The notes: generated by a model from the sequence alone, not told the origin. 64,000 nt of DNA from Salpingoeca rosetta (GCA_033442325.1 JAWQFM010000019.1:261324-325323); one strand, 5' to 3'; positions 1 through 13,943 are shown, counted from the stretch's first letter. Numbers and translations are program-made.

Positions 1-190
1 CACGTCGATGGTGACGTCTGATCTGCTGTGTGCTGTGCGGTGCGTGTGCTTCGTGCATGCATTTAACTACGTCGTGCATGGCTGTAAACAACAACAACCC
101 CCCACACACACATCATCATAACATCACCTTGCTCATTCCCACGTGCAACACCCGCGTACATCCCCTCTCCACATGTGTCATGCATGGCAG

Positions 191-663
191 TGCATGCACT
201 ATCTGCTCAAGACCAAGTTTGGGTTCCAGGACGCTGACATTCTTCTCCTCACCGAAGACAACCCAAACCCCATCATGCACCCGACCCGCCAGAACATCAT
301 CAACGTACGTGGACGTGTGCGTGTGCGTGTATGCGTGCGTGTGTGTGTCTGTGTGTGTGTGTGTGTGTGTGTGTTTGTGCGTGAGAGATGGGAGTGCAAC
401 CTCCTGAGTTACGTTTCCGGTCTGTTGTTCCTCATGCGTATCACGTGTGTGACGACAGGGCATGCGGTGGTTGGCGGGAAGCGCGCAGCCTGGTGACTCG
501 CTCTTCTTCCATTTCAGGTACGATGACGATGATGATGATGATGATGATGATATTCGTGGTGGTGTTGGTGGTGGTGTCAACACATCCCGCAAACATTCCT
601 CGACTGCACCATTGAACAACAGCACCATCTCACATTCAACATCACCATCACCACCACCACCAC

Positions 664-710
<47 letters not shown>

Positions 711-1076
711 CATCATCACCACCATCACCACCACCATCATCACCACCACCATCACCAGCGGGCATGGCAGCCAGCGGCGGGACCGCGATGGCGACGAGAT
801 TGACGGTTTGGACGAGACAATATTGCCCCTAGACCACCGGCGTGCCGGGCAGATTGTGGATGACCAGATCAACGACCTCATCGTGCGCCCCCTGCCCCAG
901 GGATGCCGCCTCCACGCCGTCGTCGACGCCTGCCACAGCGGATCAGGTGCAGTGGTGTGGTTGTGGTTGTGGTATGTCTGTGTGTGTTTGCATTGTTTGT
1001 GTTTTGCTTTGTGTGTGTGTGTGTGTCTGTGTGTGTGTGTGTGTGTGTCTGTGTGTGTTTGTTGTGTGTGTGTCTG

Positions 1077-1145
<69 letters not shown>

Positions 1146-2330
1146 GTAGATCCTTTTTAGCATTTACAACCTGTGCTGTCTTCTCTTCAGCTCATTGCTC
1201 CATCTCAACTCCCACCCCTTCTCACACCACCACCACCACAACCACCCTAATCCCAACCCCCTGCAGTGATGGATCTGCCGTACATGCTGCGCGGAACAGA
1301 CGGGTACGGCCGCGCCAACTGGCTGCACGAGGCTGCTTTTGCCCGGAAATTCAAGGGCACCAGCGGGGGAGAGGCGGTGTGTTTCTCCGCCTGCGATGAT
1401 TCACAGACATCTGCAGACACAACTGCGTTCTCAAAAGTCACGCGCACGGGCGCCATGACCTTCCTCTTCATCGAGGCCATCGAAAGTACGGCGTGGAGTG
1501 GAGTGTGTGTGATTGTGTGTCTGTGTGTGCCTGTGTGTGTGTGTGTGTGTGTGTGTCTATGTCTGTGTCTGTCTGTCTGTGTGTGTGCTTGTGTGTATCT
1601 GTGTGCGTGTGTGTGTGTGTGTGTCTCCGTCCCTGTGCGAGCGTTGTGCAAGTTGCTTCTCACCCCTGTTTTCTCCCCCGCCTGCCTCCGCCATCCGGCC
1701 ACCAGATGGGCACGGCTCCACATACGCGTCGGTCCTCGCCCAGATGAAGGCTCGCCTCCGCGCCGCCCGCGTACGTAATTTGCTGCCATTGAGAGAGGGT
1801 GGATGCAGTGACGCTGGGCAGTGCGATGGATGGATGTTGCTTGCGTGATGTTATGGACTGGAGCACATTGGGGTGTCGCTCACATGGAAGTGTCGTTCAC
1901 GCTCACACACACGCACACACACATGCACACACACACACACAATCACACACACACGCACACAATCACACGCACACCTTGCATGATCGTATGCAGGCGTCAA
2001 CGTCCAGTGCAGATCCGTTTGGATTTGGTGGGGGCAGCATGTTGACGGGCGTCCTTGGTATGCTCGTGTCTGGTGGCAGCTATCGCCCCAGTGCACGCGG
2101 CCTCTCCCAGATTCCACAGCTCTCCTCCAGCCAGCCCTTTGACATCAACAGGTCAGGCATGTGTGTGCGTGTGTGTGTGTGTGTGTATGTGCGTGTGTGC
2201 GTGTGTGCGTGCGTGATACATGTTGATGCCGTGTTGTATCAACTCCTGAATGCCCATCGCTTCCACCTCACGTCACCGCATCAACACACACAACCATGTG
2301 GTGCATTCCGACAGGCCGTTTGTCCTGTGA
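191..2330 (+). CDS. Type I metacaspase (5' exons lie upstream of the window), at least 7 exons here
   Basis: Exons ~191-304, 459-517, 759-946, 1267-1485, 1705-1770, 1994-2151, 2315-2330 splice to give PTRQNIIN-GMRWL..QPGDSLFFHFSGHG (catalytic His), DGDEIDGLDETILPLD, LHAVVDACHSGSVMDLPY (catalytic Cys), FSACDDSQTSADT, GAMTFLFIEAIE and QIPQLSSSQPFDINRPFVL*. Confidence 0.93.
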
Positions 2331-2943
2331 TGTTGATTCTTGCCCTCAAGGCAGCTATGGTGATGCGTTACGTTGCCACAAGCTTGTGCCGTAACGTAAA
2401 ACGTTGTTGTCAGTCAGAACTCTGTCCGTGTATTGTAGCTGAACCGCGTGCCCTCGTGAAGCATCACACGTGCACGTCAATGTAACGAATCAAAATCAGC
2501 GAAAACACAGTGGAACAGACGCAGTCGTGGAAGAAAAGCGGAGAGGGGCCGGCAACGTCATGAGAAAGCGAGCAAGGAGGCGATATGGGAGGTGGTCAAA
2601 ATGGGCTGTTGAGTAAAAAAGATGCAACAAGACAAACAAACAAAGAGCACAAACAAAGAGCTGTCCTAATGCAAGCTCACATCAGGAAAAGCACGACAGT
2701 TCAACGACACGTTGAAAGGGGCTTTGAGAAGCTAGCGCGGGAAAGGAAGGATCAAAAGGAAACAGAACGCAGGCGGAGACAGAAAGCATTCGACAAGTGT
2801 ACACAGGACTTGTGGAAGGCGGAAACGAGACAAACTGCGCCGTCACATTCAACGCTTTTGACAACGACACACTCCCTTAAAAAAACAAGAAGAGCAATAC
2901 ACAGAGGCAGACACACACATACACAAAAGCACATGCACGCGCA

Positions 2944-3312
2944 TTAAGACTGCTGTTGTGTGGAGGAGGACGAGGATGATGCTGTGGCTGGCTGCTGGTT
3001 CTGGTGGTAGATGTCTGGAAGGCCGCTGGGCGGCGGTGGAAGGCCACTTCGCGTGGCTTCGGCGCTCGAGTCGAGGGAGAGGTCGAACATGAGAAGGTAT
3101 GTGCCGTGCATGATGGCGGCACCGATGAGGCCGAAGAACAGGCGCTGCCGCAAGACCGGCTGCTTCTTGAAGGCGATGCGTACCAGTGGCAGGGCTGGCG
3201 CATACACCAGCGGCACAAGGAACTTGAACGGCACGCTGCGGCGGCGCCGCACCTGCCCAGACGCAGTCATTGTTGCGCTTCCGCCGCTGCCGGTGTTGTT
3301 GCTGGGATCCAT
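2944..3312 (-). CDS. Small single-exon hydrophobic protein (~122 aa), function unknown
   Basis: Microsatellite-free ORF from ATG 3312 with core VPFKFLVPLVYAPALPLVRIAFKKQPVLRQRLFFGLIGAAIMHGTYLL; head-to-head with the next gene. Confidence 0.7.
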   Translation of the reverse strand: MDPSNNTGSGGSATMTASGQVRRRRSVPFKFLVPLVYAPALPLVRIAFKKQPVLRQRLFFGLIGAAIMHGTYLLMFDLSLDSSAEATRSGLPPPPSGLPDIYHQNQQPATASSSSSSTQQQS

Positions 3313-3620
3313 GGTTGTTGCTGAACAGTGGTGTGTGGCGGTGCGGTGTGGCTGGTGTCGTGGTGCTCGTGGACTCGTGGTAAATGAGGCAAGACTGCTG
3401 ACCACGCTGCTTGCTTGCTTGAGACTTCTTGCTTCCTGTTTCGTTCGTGTTTGGCTTGTCCCGAATGGCGCAAACTGAAATCAGTTTCTATAATTACAAC
3501 ACCATAATTTGATGTTGAAAGGAGTCTTGCCTTGCTTGCTTGTTGTTGTGGCGCTTGCAAGCATCTTGGCAAAGGTCACAAAAACATTCCCACCAAACAG
3601 CAATTGTGACGACGACGACG

Positions 3621-6600
3621 ATGTGGGGTGGACTCTTGTCGCTGTTGCTTGTTATGGCTGCTGTGCTGATGGCACTGCAGCCAACACCAGCCGCGTGCGT
3701 CAACGACACCACCATCACAACAACAACGACAGCGCAGGCAACCACCACAAGTACCACGACAACAACTACGACGACAACGACGACTACGACGACCACGATT
3801 GACCCCAGGCTGTGTGAGTGTGTAAGCAATGTTTTGTGATTCAGTTTGAAGTGTTGCCAAAGTTCTTCTCGTGCTTTTTGTGCGAATTGAACCATCCCAT
3901 CTATAACAACCCCCACGCTCTGCAACTCACCTACCCCCCCCCCCCTTCCGTCTTCACGGCTCTTCTCGTCTCTCCGCCCCCCTCTCTCCTCCGTGCTTAC
4001 TTCTTTATTTGAACAGTGAGCCCTCGCGTGAAAACCCTGGATGGAGACTTGATTTTCCACGTGCCGCATGGCCAGGCCACGTTTCAGGAGGGCGAAGACG
4101 TCACAACCTTTGCAGGGTGAGCTGAGAGTCGGTGGTAACGGAATGCAGACGTTGTAGACAAGGGCCTGTCAGACTGTGGAATGAAAAGATGCAACATGCT
4201 TTGTGTGAGTAGCTCCGCTGACCTACTTCTTGCACCTGTCAACCAAATGAAAATCGCTGCCCATTTACACTCACATTCATGTTTTTTTTTTGTTTGGTTT
4301 GGTTTGGAACCGGTCATGTAGGCTGCGGTCCGACATCAGCGATGGTGTCTCGTCGCTGCAGGCGGCAATGCAGTCTGTTGAAACGCAGCTGTCGCAGGAG
4401 CTCAACAGCGTCATGGTGCGTAACACAGCCTGTGACTTCTTCTTCTTCTTCTTTTTGGCCCAAGAGGCGTGGAGGGGCGCCTGTGAAGTGGCTGAAGCGC
4501 AAGTGGCGCAGGCGGTCAAGGCAAGCGCCCCGCTGCACAATGTGCACACCCTATGCATGCAGGCAAGGATAATTATCCTCTCACACATGTTTACACAATA
4601 CACTGTGTCTCGTATCCTCCTTCTCCTCCTCCTCCTCCTGCAGTCAGTTGCCAGTGCGACATCCTCCGGTGTTGTCTCACTCGAAACGCGTGTGACAGAC
4701 GACATTTCTACGTCAACATCCACGCTGTGAGTGTCGGTTGGATTGCACTTACACGTTTTTTCGCGGCGCTGTTGGTGTTCTCTGTTGCACGGCCCCCTCA
4801 ACTGCTTGGCGTTTGGCGTTTGACACGTGGTCACACGTGCTGCTGCTGCTGCCTCCTTGCTTTGCTCTTTCAAAGAATGGCTGCCATTGGCTCTGTGGAA
4901 GCGTCCCTCACCAGCACAACAAGTGAACACACCTCGGGCATCGCCAGCCTCCAATCAAGCGTACGTACTGGCGTGCACATCCGAGATGTGACGTATGAAT
5001 TCACACATGCAAGCACTCACATGTGTGTGCTCGCTTCAGAAAGAGACACAGGCGCACGTGCACGGACATCGCACGTGTGACTATCGTAGCTGTCGCCGCA
5101 TCTGAAGCTCACCTTCCCCATGTTTACCCTTCTGCTGTGCATGCGCAGATTACTGCGGCAGAGTCATCTCTCGGCGCTGCCGTCTCAGAAAATACGGCTG
5201 CTGTCAACAACGCTGTTAGCAGCATTACGGACAATCACAACGATCTCTCGGCCCACGTGTGTGTGTGTGTGTGTGTGTTTGTGCGTGTTTTGTGTTAGTG
5301 TGCATGTGGGTGGATGGTGTCGCTGTGAAGCACCCTCAGTTCCTTGTATTGTGGTTTCCTGGCCCTTTGCCGTCAGGCTGTGCACTGTGTTTTAGTACTC
5401 AACGTGACCATACCCACATTCCCCTCAAACGTGTTTATACATTGGGTCATGCAGGTGAGCGCGTCAGGGCAGGTTGTGGATCTACTCGCTTCCAGTCTGG
5501 AGAGTCGCATTGGGTCCGAGGTCAACACCGTCGCCGGCGAGGTGATCATGGCAATGTGGCTGCAGCTTCAACAAACACACGCATCCGTCTTGCTTCATGC
5601 ATTGCGACTGTCGAGCATTCGAGTCATCCTGTGATTCATTACTCACACATGGCACCCGCACACACAACACACCACAACACACCACAACACACCACAACAC
5701 ACCACAACACATCACAACACAACACAACACACCACAACACACGCTCTCTCACGCATGCATCTGCTCCCACGTGCAGCTGGAGTCGTTGGAAGCCGCTGTG
5801 ACAGACAGCCTTGCCATGCAAGTGCAGTCACTGGAGACGCAGCTCTCCGCAACGCAGCAGCAGCTGAACATGGCCCGCGGACACGCCTGTCGCAGCCTAA
5901 CGTGGTCGGATGATGCAGGTTGCACCGTGGATGTTCCAACACGCGCGAACCACGACTTTCCCGACTCGCGCACCACTAGCACATCCTGGTCAACAGTGTC
6001 AGCGAGGTGCGCGATGCACGTGATGCAGATACTCACGCACCGTCTGTAGAGCCTTGCGTGCGCAATCACACACGCACGCGCGCGTGCAACACACACAAAC
6101 ACACATAACAAACCACACACACAACACATACACACACAACACACACAACACGACACACACACATTCAGGTCTGTTTTCGTCTCTCACAATAACCGTGCAT
6201 CTGTGCACCCATCAGGGTCTACACGGTGTACAAGCAAGGCGGGCTTGCCGACACGGGCCTGCGCGTCACGTGGACCGATCTGATGGGCTTCCTTGGAACA
6301 GGGTCCAGCGGAACAGCGGCAGATTACCGCCTCCTGGTCAGTGCTTGCAAGCATCATATGCATGTGCATGTGCATGTGCATGTACACGCGTATGTGATGT
6401 GCCTGTACTTTGTTTTTTGACCATCAGGGAGATGGCGGGAGCGACGTTGTGTAACACGCATTTTTTTTTTGTTTGATCACGTGTGTGGGAACCTTTTTAG
6501 TGTTTGTTTGAGTCCTCATCCCGTGCTTGTTCTAATACTGGCGCGTTGGCTGTCAGGTGAACGGACAATGTAGGGATGGCCGTTGCTACAAGACGGTGCA

Positions 6601-6942
6601 CAGGTGCGCGAATGGCATGCAGTTGTAGTGATGTGATTCGCATGTGCATGTGCGATTTGACGTGATCATCACGCGTGGGAAACAACACACGTCTCACGCT
6701 TTGTATTTGGTTTCACGCCACGTGCAGTGATGGCTACACAAGCTGGTCCATGTACTCCAACGCCTGGACATGGTGGCTTATGGACCTCCCAGAGGGAACA
6801 TACGAGTTTGAGATTCAGGTCAGTGGTGTGTGTGTGTGTGCGTGTGTGCGTGTGTGTGTGTTATGTGTGTGTGTGTGTGTGTGTTATGTGTGTGTGTGTG
6901 TGTTATGTGTGTTATGTGTGTGTGTGTGTGTGTTATGTGTGT

Positions 6943-6981
<39 letters not shown>

Positions 6982-9126
6982 ATCTGTGTATGCAAGAGTG
7001 TGTGACTGCGTTGTGGCCTGCATACGCGTATCCCGTGTGTCCATCAGAGCGTGCGCTGGAGGGTTTCCATGGATGCACGCAAAGCCCTTTTTGTCACTGT
7101 CGCTGTCCCTCTTTCGCTCCTCGTGCACTTCTCACCAGCTATATCCACCCACTCTCGTGTGCATGTGACCATGACCGCTGTCAGCATCGCCGCGACTCCC
7201 GCGCCTCCCGCCTCATCGCTGGTTGGAAGAGCAACCAGGAGAACACGCTTGCAGTGGAGGAACTTCCGCTCACGGAATTCACCGTCAAGCAGCACATGCC
7301 AGGTGTGGCACTGGCTGCCGTCGTTGCGTGTTGATTGCGCGGCTGCGCGTGCATTTGCGGAGCGGCTGCTGTGTCAACCACACGTTCACACATACATTCA
7401 CACATACATTCACACATGCATTCACGCACACATATTAACACATACATTCACGCACACATACTCTCACACTCACTTACACAACGCACGCACTCGCACACTC
7501 AAATTCGCACGTACATCCACAACGCACATGACCCTATGACCTGACACGTTTTCTGCCTCCTTTCCTCTCTCTGCTGCAGAGCGTCGCACGACCACGACGT
7601 CGTTTGTTGATTTGCCGGAACGCGTCGCCCAATACAGAAAGACGGAAGCAGACACCGACCTCCACATCATCTACGTGCGTTGCTTGACATGATGGCATAA
7701 CTTGTACCTGCATGGTATGCGTGCCTGCAAGCACTCAAGCGCTGCGTGTCAGCCCTCTTTGCTCACACCACCACCACCACCACCACCACCACCACTGCTC
7801 TACCACCACTACCACATTCCCGATGTATTGCATACATACCCTCACGCCACATGCCACGTCGTTCGCCTTGGTGCTGCAGTCTGACACGCTTGGCTTCAAT
7901 CAGAACAGGCAACACACGACAGCATGCGGCTTCCAAGCGCTTCTCTACCGCCCAAACCAGAAGGACTGGGTCAACCTTGGCAGCAACACATTCCATACGC
8001 ACGGCGGCTCTGGCTGGCAGATTTGGCCGTTTGATATCCACTACTTTGCCGAAGCAAGCTCACTCAACCTGGGACCAGGCATATACACCGTGAAGCTCCA
8101 GTGGTACATGGGTGGCGGCTCGAGCCAGGTTCGTGCGTGCACATGAGGATGCATGTGTTGTTGTGTGTGTGTGTCGTTGTGTGTGTGTTGTGTTGTTTGT
8201 TGTGGAGGGGAAGGATGATGGCCTGTTCGTGACACAATAGTTGCACACGTGTGAAGTTATTATACAAAGTACGTCACACAAACACAACACAACACATCCA
8301 TGTTTGGATAGATCCTTGCTGGCTGGCCTGGGTCTGAGGCGAACAGCATCTCCCTGCACGAGCGGCGTCGTGGTCTCTACGTCATTGCGCCATCGCCCGT
8401 CTTCTCTTCAAGCGGCTCCCGGCGCGACTTCAGAGACATCCGCACAACGTCGACCTCCTACACCGACCTGAGTGACAGGTCTGCTGACGAGATGAAGCAA
8501 TGGGTCCATATGTGTGAAGAATGACAGAGTGGCATTTTCAAAGAGAAGAGCAGTGATGCTGCTTTTTATTGCCACTGCAGGTTGCTGCGACATGTTGCTG
8601 CTGCTTGTATCTTGTGAGAGTTGGTAGTGGCTCGTTTGTAGTGACTGTCAATTCTTGGACAACGCGGACGACACTGGTGAAAGCGTGAAGTCTTCACGGC
8701 TCACTCATCACATTTTGTTCTCTGTGTTGTCAGGATTGCGACCCATACGAAGAAGGATGACAGCAGCCTGATTCGCGTCACGTACATGGACACATTTGGC
8801 TCCAAGATCATCGACAACGGCCAGAGTGCGTCGACGAAGTGATAAGCTGCTGGTATCGTGGTGGTGGTGGTGGTGGTGGTGGTGGTGGTGGTAGTAGAAA
8901 AGGGTTTGCGCTGGAATGTGCGCCTACGTTGCATTTACACGAGTGTACAAACAACCTCACGTCGCACGTGTCGCTTCATTGCTTGCTGCGCTGTAGGCTG
9001 TGTATGGCGGCTGCGCGTGGACAACAGCTTCAACACGGCAAGCATGTACACCTACGGCAGTGACCGCAACGGCTGGCGCATCCACCCGCACACATATGTC
9101 TGGTACCTCGACAACCTTGACGCAGG
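3621..9126 (+). CDS. Secreted protein: signal peptide, Thr-rich mucin, cubilin-N-like motif, coiled coil, three repeated beta-sandwich (CTHRC1-C-like) domains; 3' end lost in or near the gap
   Basis: Starts MWGGLLSLLLVMAAVLMALQPTPA then poly-Thr. Exon 4017-4116 encodes SPRVKTLDGDLIFHVPHG. Heptad exons span 4322-5870. Three repeats begin RTTSTSWSTV, RTTTTSFVDL and RTTSTSYTDL, each followed by K-x4-6-L(R/H/I)..(W/Y).D..G. Canonical GT-AG junctions keep the frame. Confidence 0.75.
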
Positions 9127-9165
9127 TGAGCGGAGTTGCGCTCTGTTGCTGCCATGGCTTGAACG

Positions 9166-9236
<71 letters not shown>

Positions 9237-9624
9237 TTGTGGTCTGCATTCTGAATGGTAGTCTTGCGCTCTGCACTGCTCTGTTTGGCGGTCTTACAGT
9301 TAGCCTTACATGTGCTCTCGCTCGTAGAACTACGCGCAGGCGAAACTCAATGAAATCTTCATCCCTTGTCAATACTCAACCTTCAAACTTGTGAATTTCG
9401 ACTACATGAAACTTGTTGAGGTCATCAGACACTTCATATAATCAGATGGAAATGCGTCAAGACCAGGTGCTTACTNNNNNNNNNNNNNNNNNNNNNNNNN
9501 NNNNNNNNNNNNNNNNNNNNNNNNNNNNNNNNNNNNNNNNNNNNNNNNNNNNNNNNNNNNNNNNNNNNNNNNNNNNNNNNNNNNNNNNNNNNNNNNNNNN
9601 NNNNNNNNNNNNNNNNNNNNNNNN

Positions 9625-9656
<32 letters not shown>

Positions 9657-9657
9657 G

Positions 9658-9719
<62 letters not shown>

Positions 9720-9830
9720 GTGTGATGAACGAGGGTGAGTGAGAAGAGTTATTAGATGAAAAATAGGGACGAAGATACCCTTGTGTCAGAAACTGGTCCA
9801 CGAGCAAGTTGTGTCACGCGTCGCAAACGC

Positions 9831-10399
9831 ACCTCCATCTTCATGGCCTCCATGACGAGAAGAGTGTCGCCTTCCTTGACCTCCTGTCCGGGGGTCACCA
9901 TCACCTGAAGGCATGAAGACATGCGGGCATGGGGGAGGGGGAGGATGTTTGTCGCGTAGGCGTGGACGGGCAACATGACATTGCTCACAGCGAGAGAGAG
10001 AGACAGAGACAGAGACAGAGACAGAGACAGAGGCAGAGACAGAGACAGAGACAGAGGCAGAGAGACAGAAGAGACAGAGAGAGACAGAGAGAGACAGAGA
10101 CAGACAGACATGCACAGCACAGCACAACACAGCACAACACGGCACAGCACAACACAGAAGAGTCATGAGTCACAAACCTTGACGACGGTGCCGGTCATTG
10201 GAGCGGCGACCTTGTCCGGATCATCGGCGCCGCTGTCCGCCATCTCGTAAGACTCGCGCGGCTGCGAAAACGTAAAGTGATTTCCCTGCAGTTGGGAAGT
10301 GGTGCAAGGAAAGGGGGAGAGGAAGGAGTATGGAGCAGGGATTGGGGATTGGGGAGAGGAGGTGGTGAACGAGACAACATGAGAGCTCGCACGATGTGA

Positions 10400-10432
<33 letters not shown>

Positions 10433-10787
10433 CTCACAAACACAAACACAAACACAAACAACACACACACACACACACAAACAAACACGCACACACATGA
10501 CAAAAACACATGCATATGCACATGCACATGCACATGTGTGTCTGACCTCTGTGAAGACGTGGACGTCGTGGTCAAGGAGCGCGGCGTTGCAGCGGGAGCG
10601 GTGGCCGTCAATGGTCACGTCAATAAAACTCTCATCGCTGCCATCGCCGGAAGTGCGAATGTCCTCCACAGCCATTGTGGTGCCGTTGGGCAGCGTCAGG
10701 GTGTACCGGTCGCCAGGCAGGCACTCCACGTTCACCGTGTGCTCAACTAAAGTGCGTGCGTGAGAGAGTGTGTGAGCAAGTGTGTGA

Positions 10788-10822
<35 letters not shown>

Positions 10823-10827
10823 TGTGT

Positions 10828-10868
<41 letters not shown>

Positions 10869-13174
10869 TGTGTGTGTGTGTGAGTGTGTGTGTGTGTGTG
10901 AGTGTGCGTGTGATGTGCGTGTGAGTTATGTTGTGATAAGCTGTGCACGGTAACGGAAGCAACGCCTTGCATTGGCAGCAAGGACAAGCAAGAGCGCACC
11001 TCCGTGTGCCAGGAGGGTGATGTTCTCGACGTGGTGGCTGTTGAGGCGGAAGTGCTGCAGACCGTCCCAGGGAGAGTCTAACCAGCAAGGCCGTGAAATG
11101 AGACAACAAGGTGATATAAGATGGGTGAGAACGACTTCAATAGCACCAGCGTGCGCACATGAAAGGCAACACGGTCATACACGTGCAACTCAATACCACA
11201 CGCATGTACACACGCCACGCTGCTCTGCGATGGGCGTCAGGTTACCGTTGGTGCGGGCTGCGAGGGTCTTGGCGTGCATGATGGCAGCCACGGCCTTTGC
11301 AAACACATCGTTGGGCACAGCGGTCTCGGTGTCGGCAGCACGAAGCAGCACGCTCTTGTGATCGTCAATGAAGTCGGTGGTGATGTTGGCGGCAGCAAAC
11401 TCCGGGTGCCCCGCGCAGGCCTGCAGGAAATTGATGTTTGTTGGCAGGCCAGCAATCTGATGGTGGTGGCGGCAGCGGCGGTGGTGGTGGTGGTGGTGGA
11501 GTGGGTGAGTGAATGGGTGAGTGTGTGAGTGAGTGAGTGAGTGAGTGAGTGAGTGAGTGAGTGAGTGAGTGAGTGAGTGTGTGTGAGTGTGAGTGAGTGA
11601 GTGAGTGAGTGAGTGAGTGAGTGAGTGGGCGTGTGTGTGTGTGTGTGAGTGTGTGTGTGAGTGAGTGCGTGAGTGAGTGAGTGTGTGTGTGAGTGAGTGA
11701 TGAATCATTACAGCAAGAGAGTGCGTGTGAGTCTGTGAAGGGTGAAACAGCCGCGCAGCTGCGCAACACCACCCGCACCTCAGCAACACCGTCACCACAC
11801 CAAACGAAACACCAAACGAATGGCGTTACTCACAGTGTAGTTGCCGAGTTCAGTGCGCAGCTTGTTGAGTGCCTGGCTCCTGTCGGCGCCCCACACAACG
11901 AGCTTGGCAATCATGGGATCGTAGTGGATTGACACCTCGTCCTTCTCGCGAACGCCCGTCTCAACGCGCACGTCGTGGGCCTCTGCTGGCGTGCGGAGGT
12001 AGGAGAGCGGGCCAGAGCCGGGGAGGAAGTTGCTGTCCGGGTTTTCGGCGTAGATGCGCGCCTCAAACGAGTGCCCGCGCAGCTGGATCTCATCCTGCGG
12101 CCATGGTGGTGGTGGTGGTGTGAGAACGATGGACACACGCAACGGGCAATATTCAATAACGACATAGGAGCAGCGAGACACAACTCCACGTGTGCAAACA
12201 TCACAAAGCAACAGCACCGCCCCTGGCACCACGCGGACCTGTGTTGCGGGAAGCTCATAACCGGAAGCAACAAGCAGCTGCCACTCAACGAGATCCGTGT
12301 TGGTCACCATCTCCGTTACAGGGTGCTCAACCTGCCGTCGATCACGATGGCGATGTTGGCAATGGCGGTGGTGGTGGTGGTGGTGGTGGTGGTGGTGAGA
12401 CGAGACGGGTTGAGGTGCCGTGGTCATCACGGCATGCAAGCACAAAACACAGCGTACGGAGACACCAGGGGGTGCAGCATAGGATCAAGCAATCATGCCG
12501 CCACCAGCCAACACGCATGTGCACACACCTGCAGCCTGGTGTTCATCTCCATGAAGAAGAACTCGTGGGTGGTGGTGTCCATGATAAACTCGACGGTGCC
12601 GGCGCCAACATATCCGACAGCGAGCGCCGCCCGCACAGCCGCTTCGCCAAGCTCCTTGCGCAGCTCGGGGGACAGGCCGGGCTGTAGCATGCGAGGGGGG
12701 GATGACAGTGGTGGTGGCGGCGGCGGTGGTGGTTGTTGTGGCGTATGGTGGTGGTGGTGGTGGTAGCGTGGGCAGGGCAATGAGTGGAACATTGGGCGAC
12801 GACCAACACGCAGAGAGTTCCGTCTACAACTAACACTCCCCAGCAGCATCAACATTTGTACAGTCACCATCACCACCATCTTCACCCATTCATTGATGAC
12901 ACCACTACGCACCGCGGGCGCCTCCTCGATGATCTTCTGGTGGCGGCGCTGCAACGAGCAGTCGCGCTCAAACAGATACACCGCATTGCCGTACTTGTCC
13001 GCAAACACCTGGCAATTGGCGCAGGTTGGGGGGGGGGGTTAAAGGGGGTGTTGTTGGTGAGATGGTTTGTTGCGGGGTGGTGTGTGTGTTGTACGTGTGT
13101 GTGTGTGTGTGTGTGTGTGTGCCGAACAAAGGTGCTGCACACGAGTGAAGGGCAGGGGACTAAAACCACATCAA

Positions 13175-13245
<71 letters not shown>

Positions 13246-13885
13246 GCGCACAACGGCGCGTCGGCACGACCATGGCAGCAGTACACCGTCAAAGCAGTGC
13301 CACCATGCTTGCCCCCTCCCACACCGGCTGTCGTGACAGCAAAGACAAACCTGGACTTCGACGTGACGTGGGCGCTGGACGTATTTCTCAATCAAAACGC
13401 GGTCGTCGCTGAAGTGCTTGCGGGACTCGCCCTGATAATGGTGGTGGTGGTGTTGTGTAAACACAAGGAAGTCGACAAACGAAACCAAGTGAGCACTATG
13501 ACGACGACGACGATGACGACGACGACGACACACACGCACACGCACGCACGCACACGCACGCACACACGACACACATGACCACGAAACATGGCAGCCTTCA
13601 ACACCACTCCATACCTTTGCCATCTCGAGGTTCTCCATGAAATCCTTCTCCTGCATGACGACACGCATGCCCTTTCCACCGCCGCCCTTGACTGCACACA
13701 CACGCACACACATGAGGCACACACATGCGCACATATGGTGGTGTATGGATGTTTGGGGAGGCATTTGAGCGGTCATGAAATGATGTGTGGGGCTGCACAG
13801 CACGGCACGGACACGGCCACACATTAAAACAACACAAGCAACACAAAGCAACACGGATACATATACGTTTGCAATACAACTACCG

Positions 13886-13943
<58 letters not shown>

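Noticed and set aside
9330-9475. AT-richer sequence before the first gap as a foreign insert or final exon
   Set aside because: It follows a microsatellite, abuts a gap and does not continue the repeat-domain pattern; probably poor-quality sequence.
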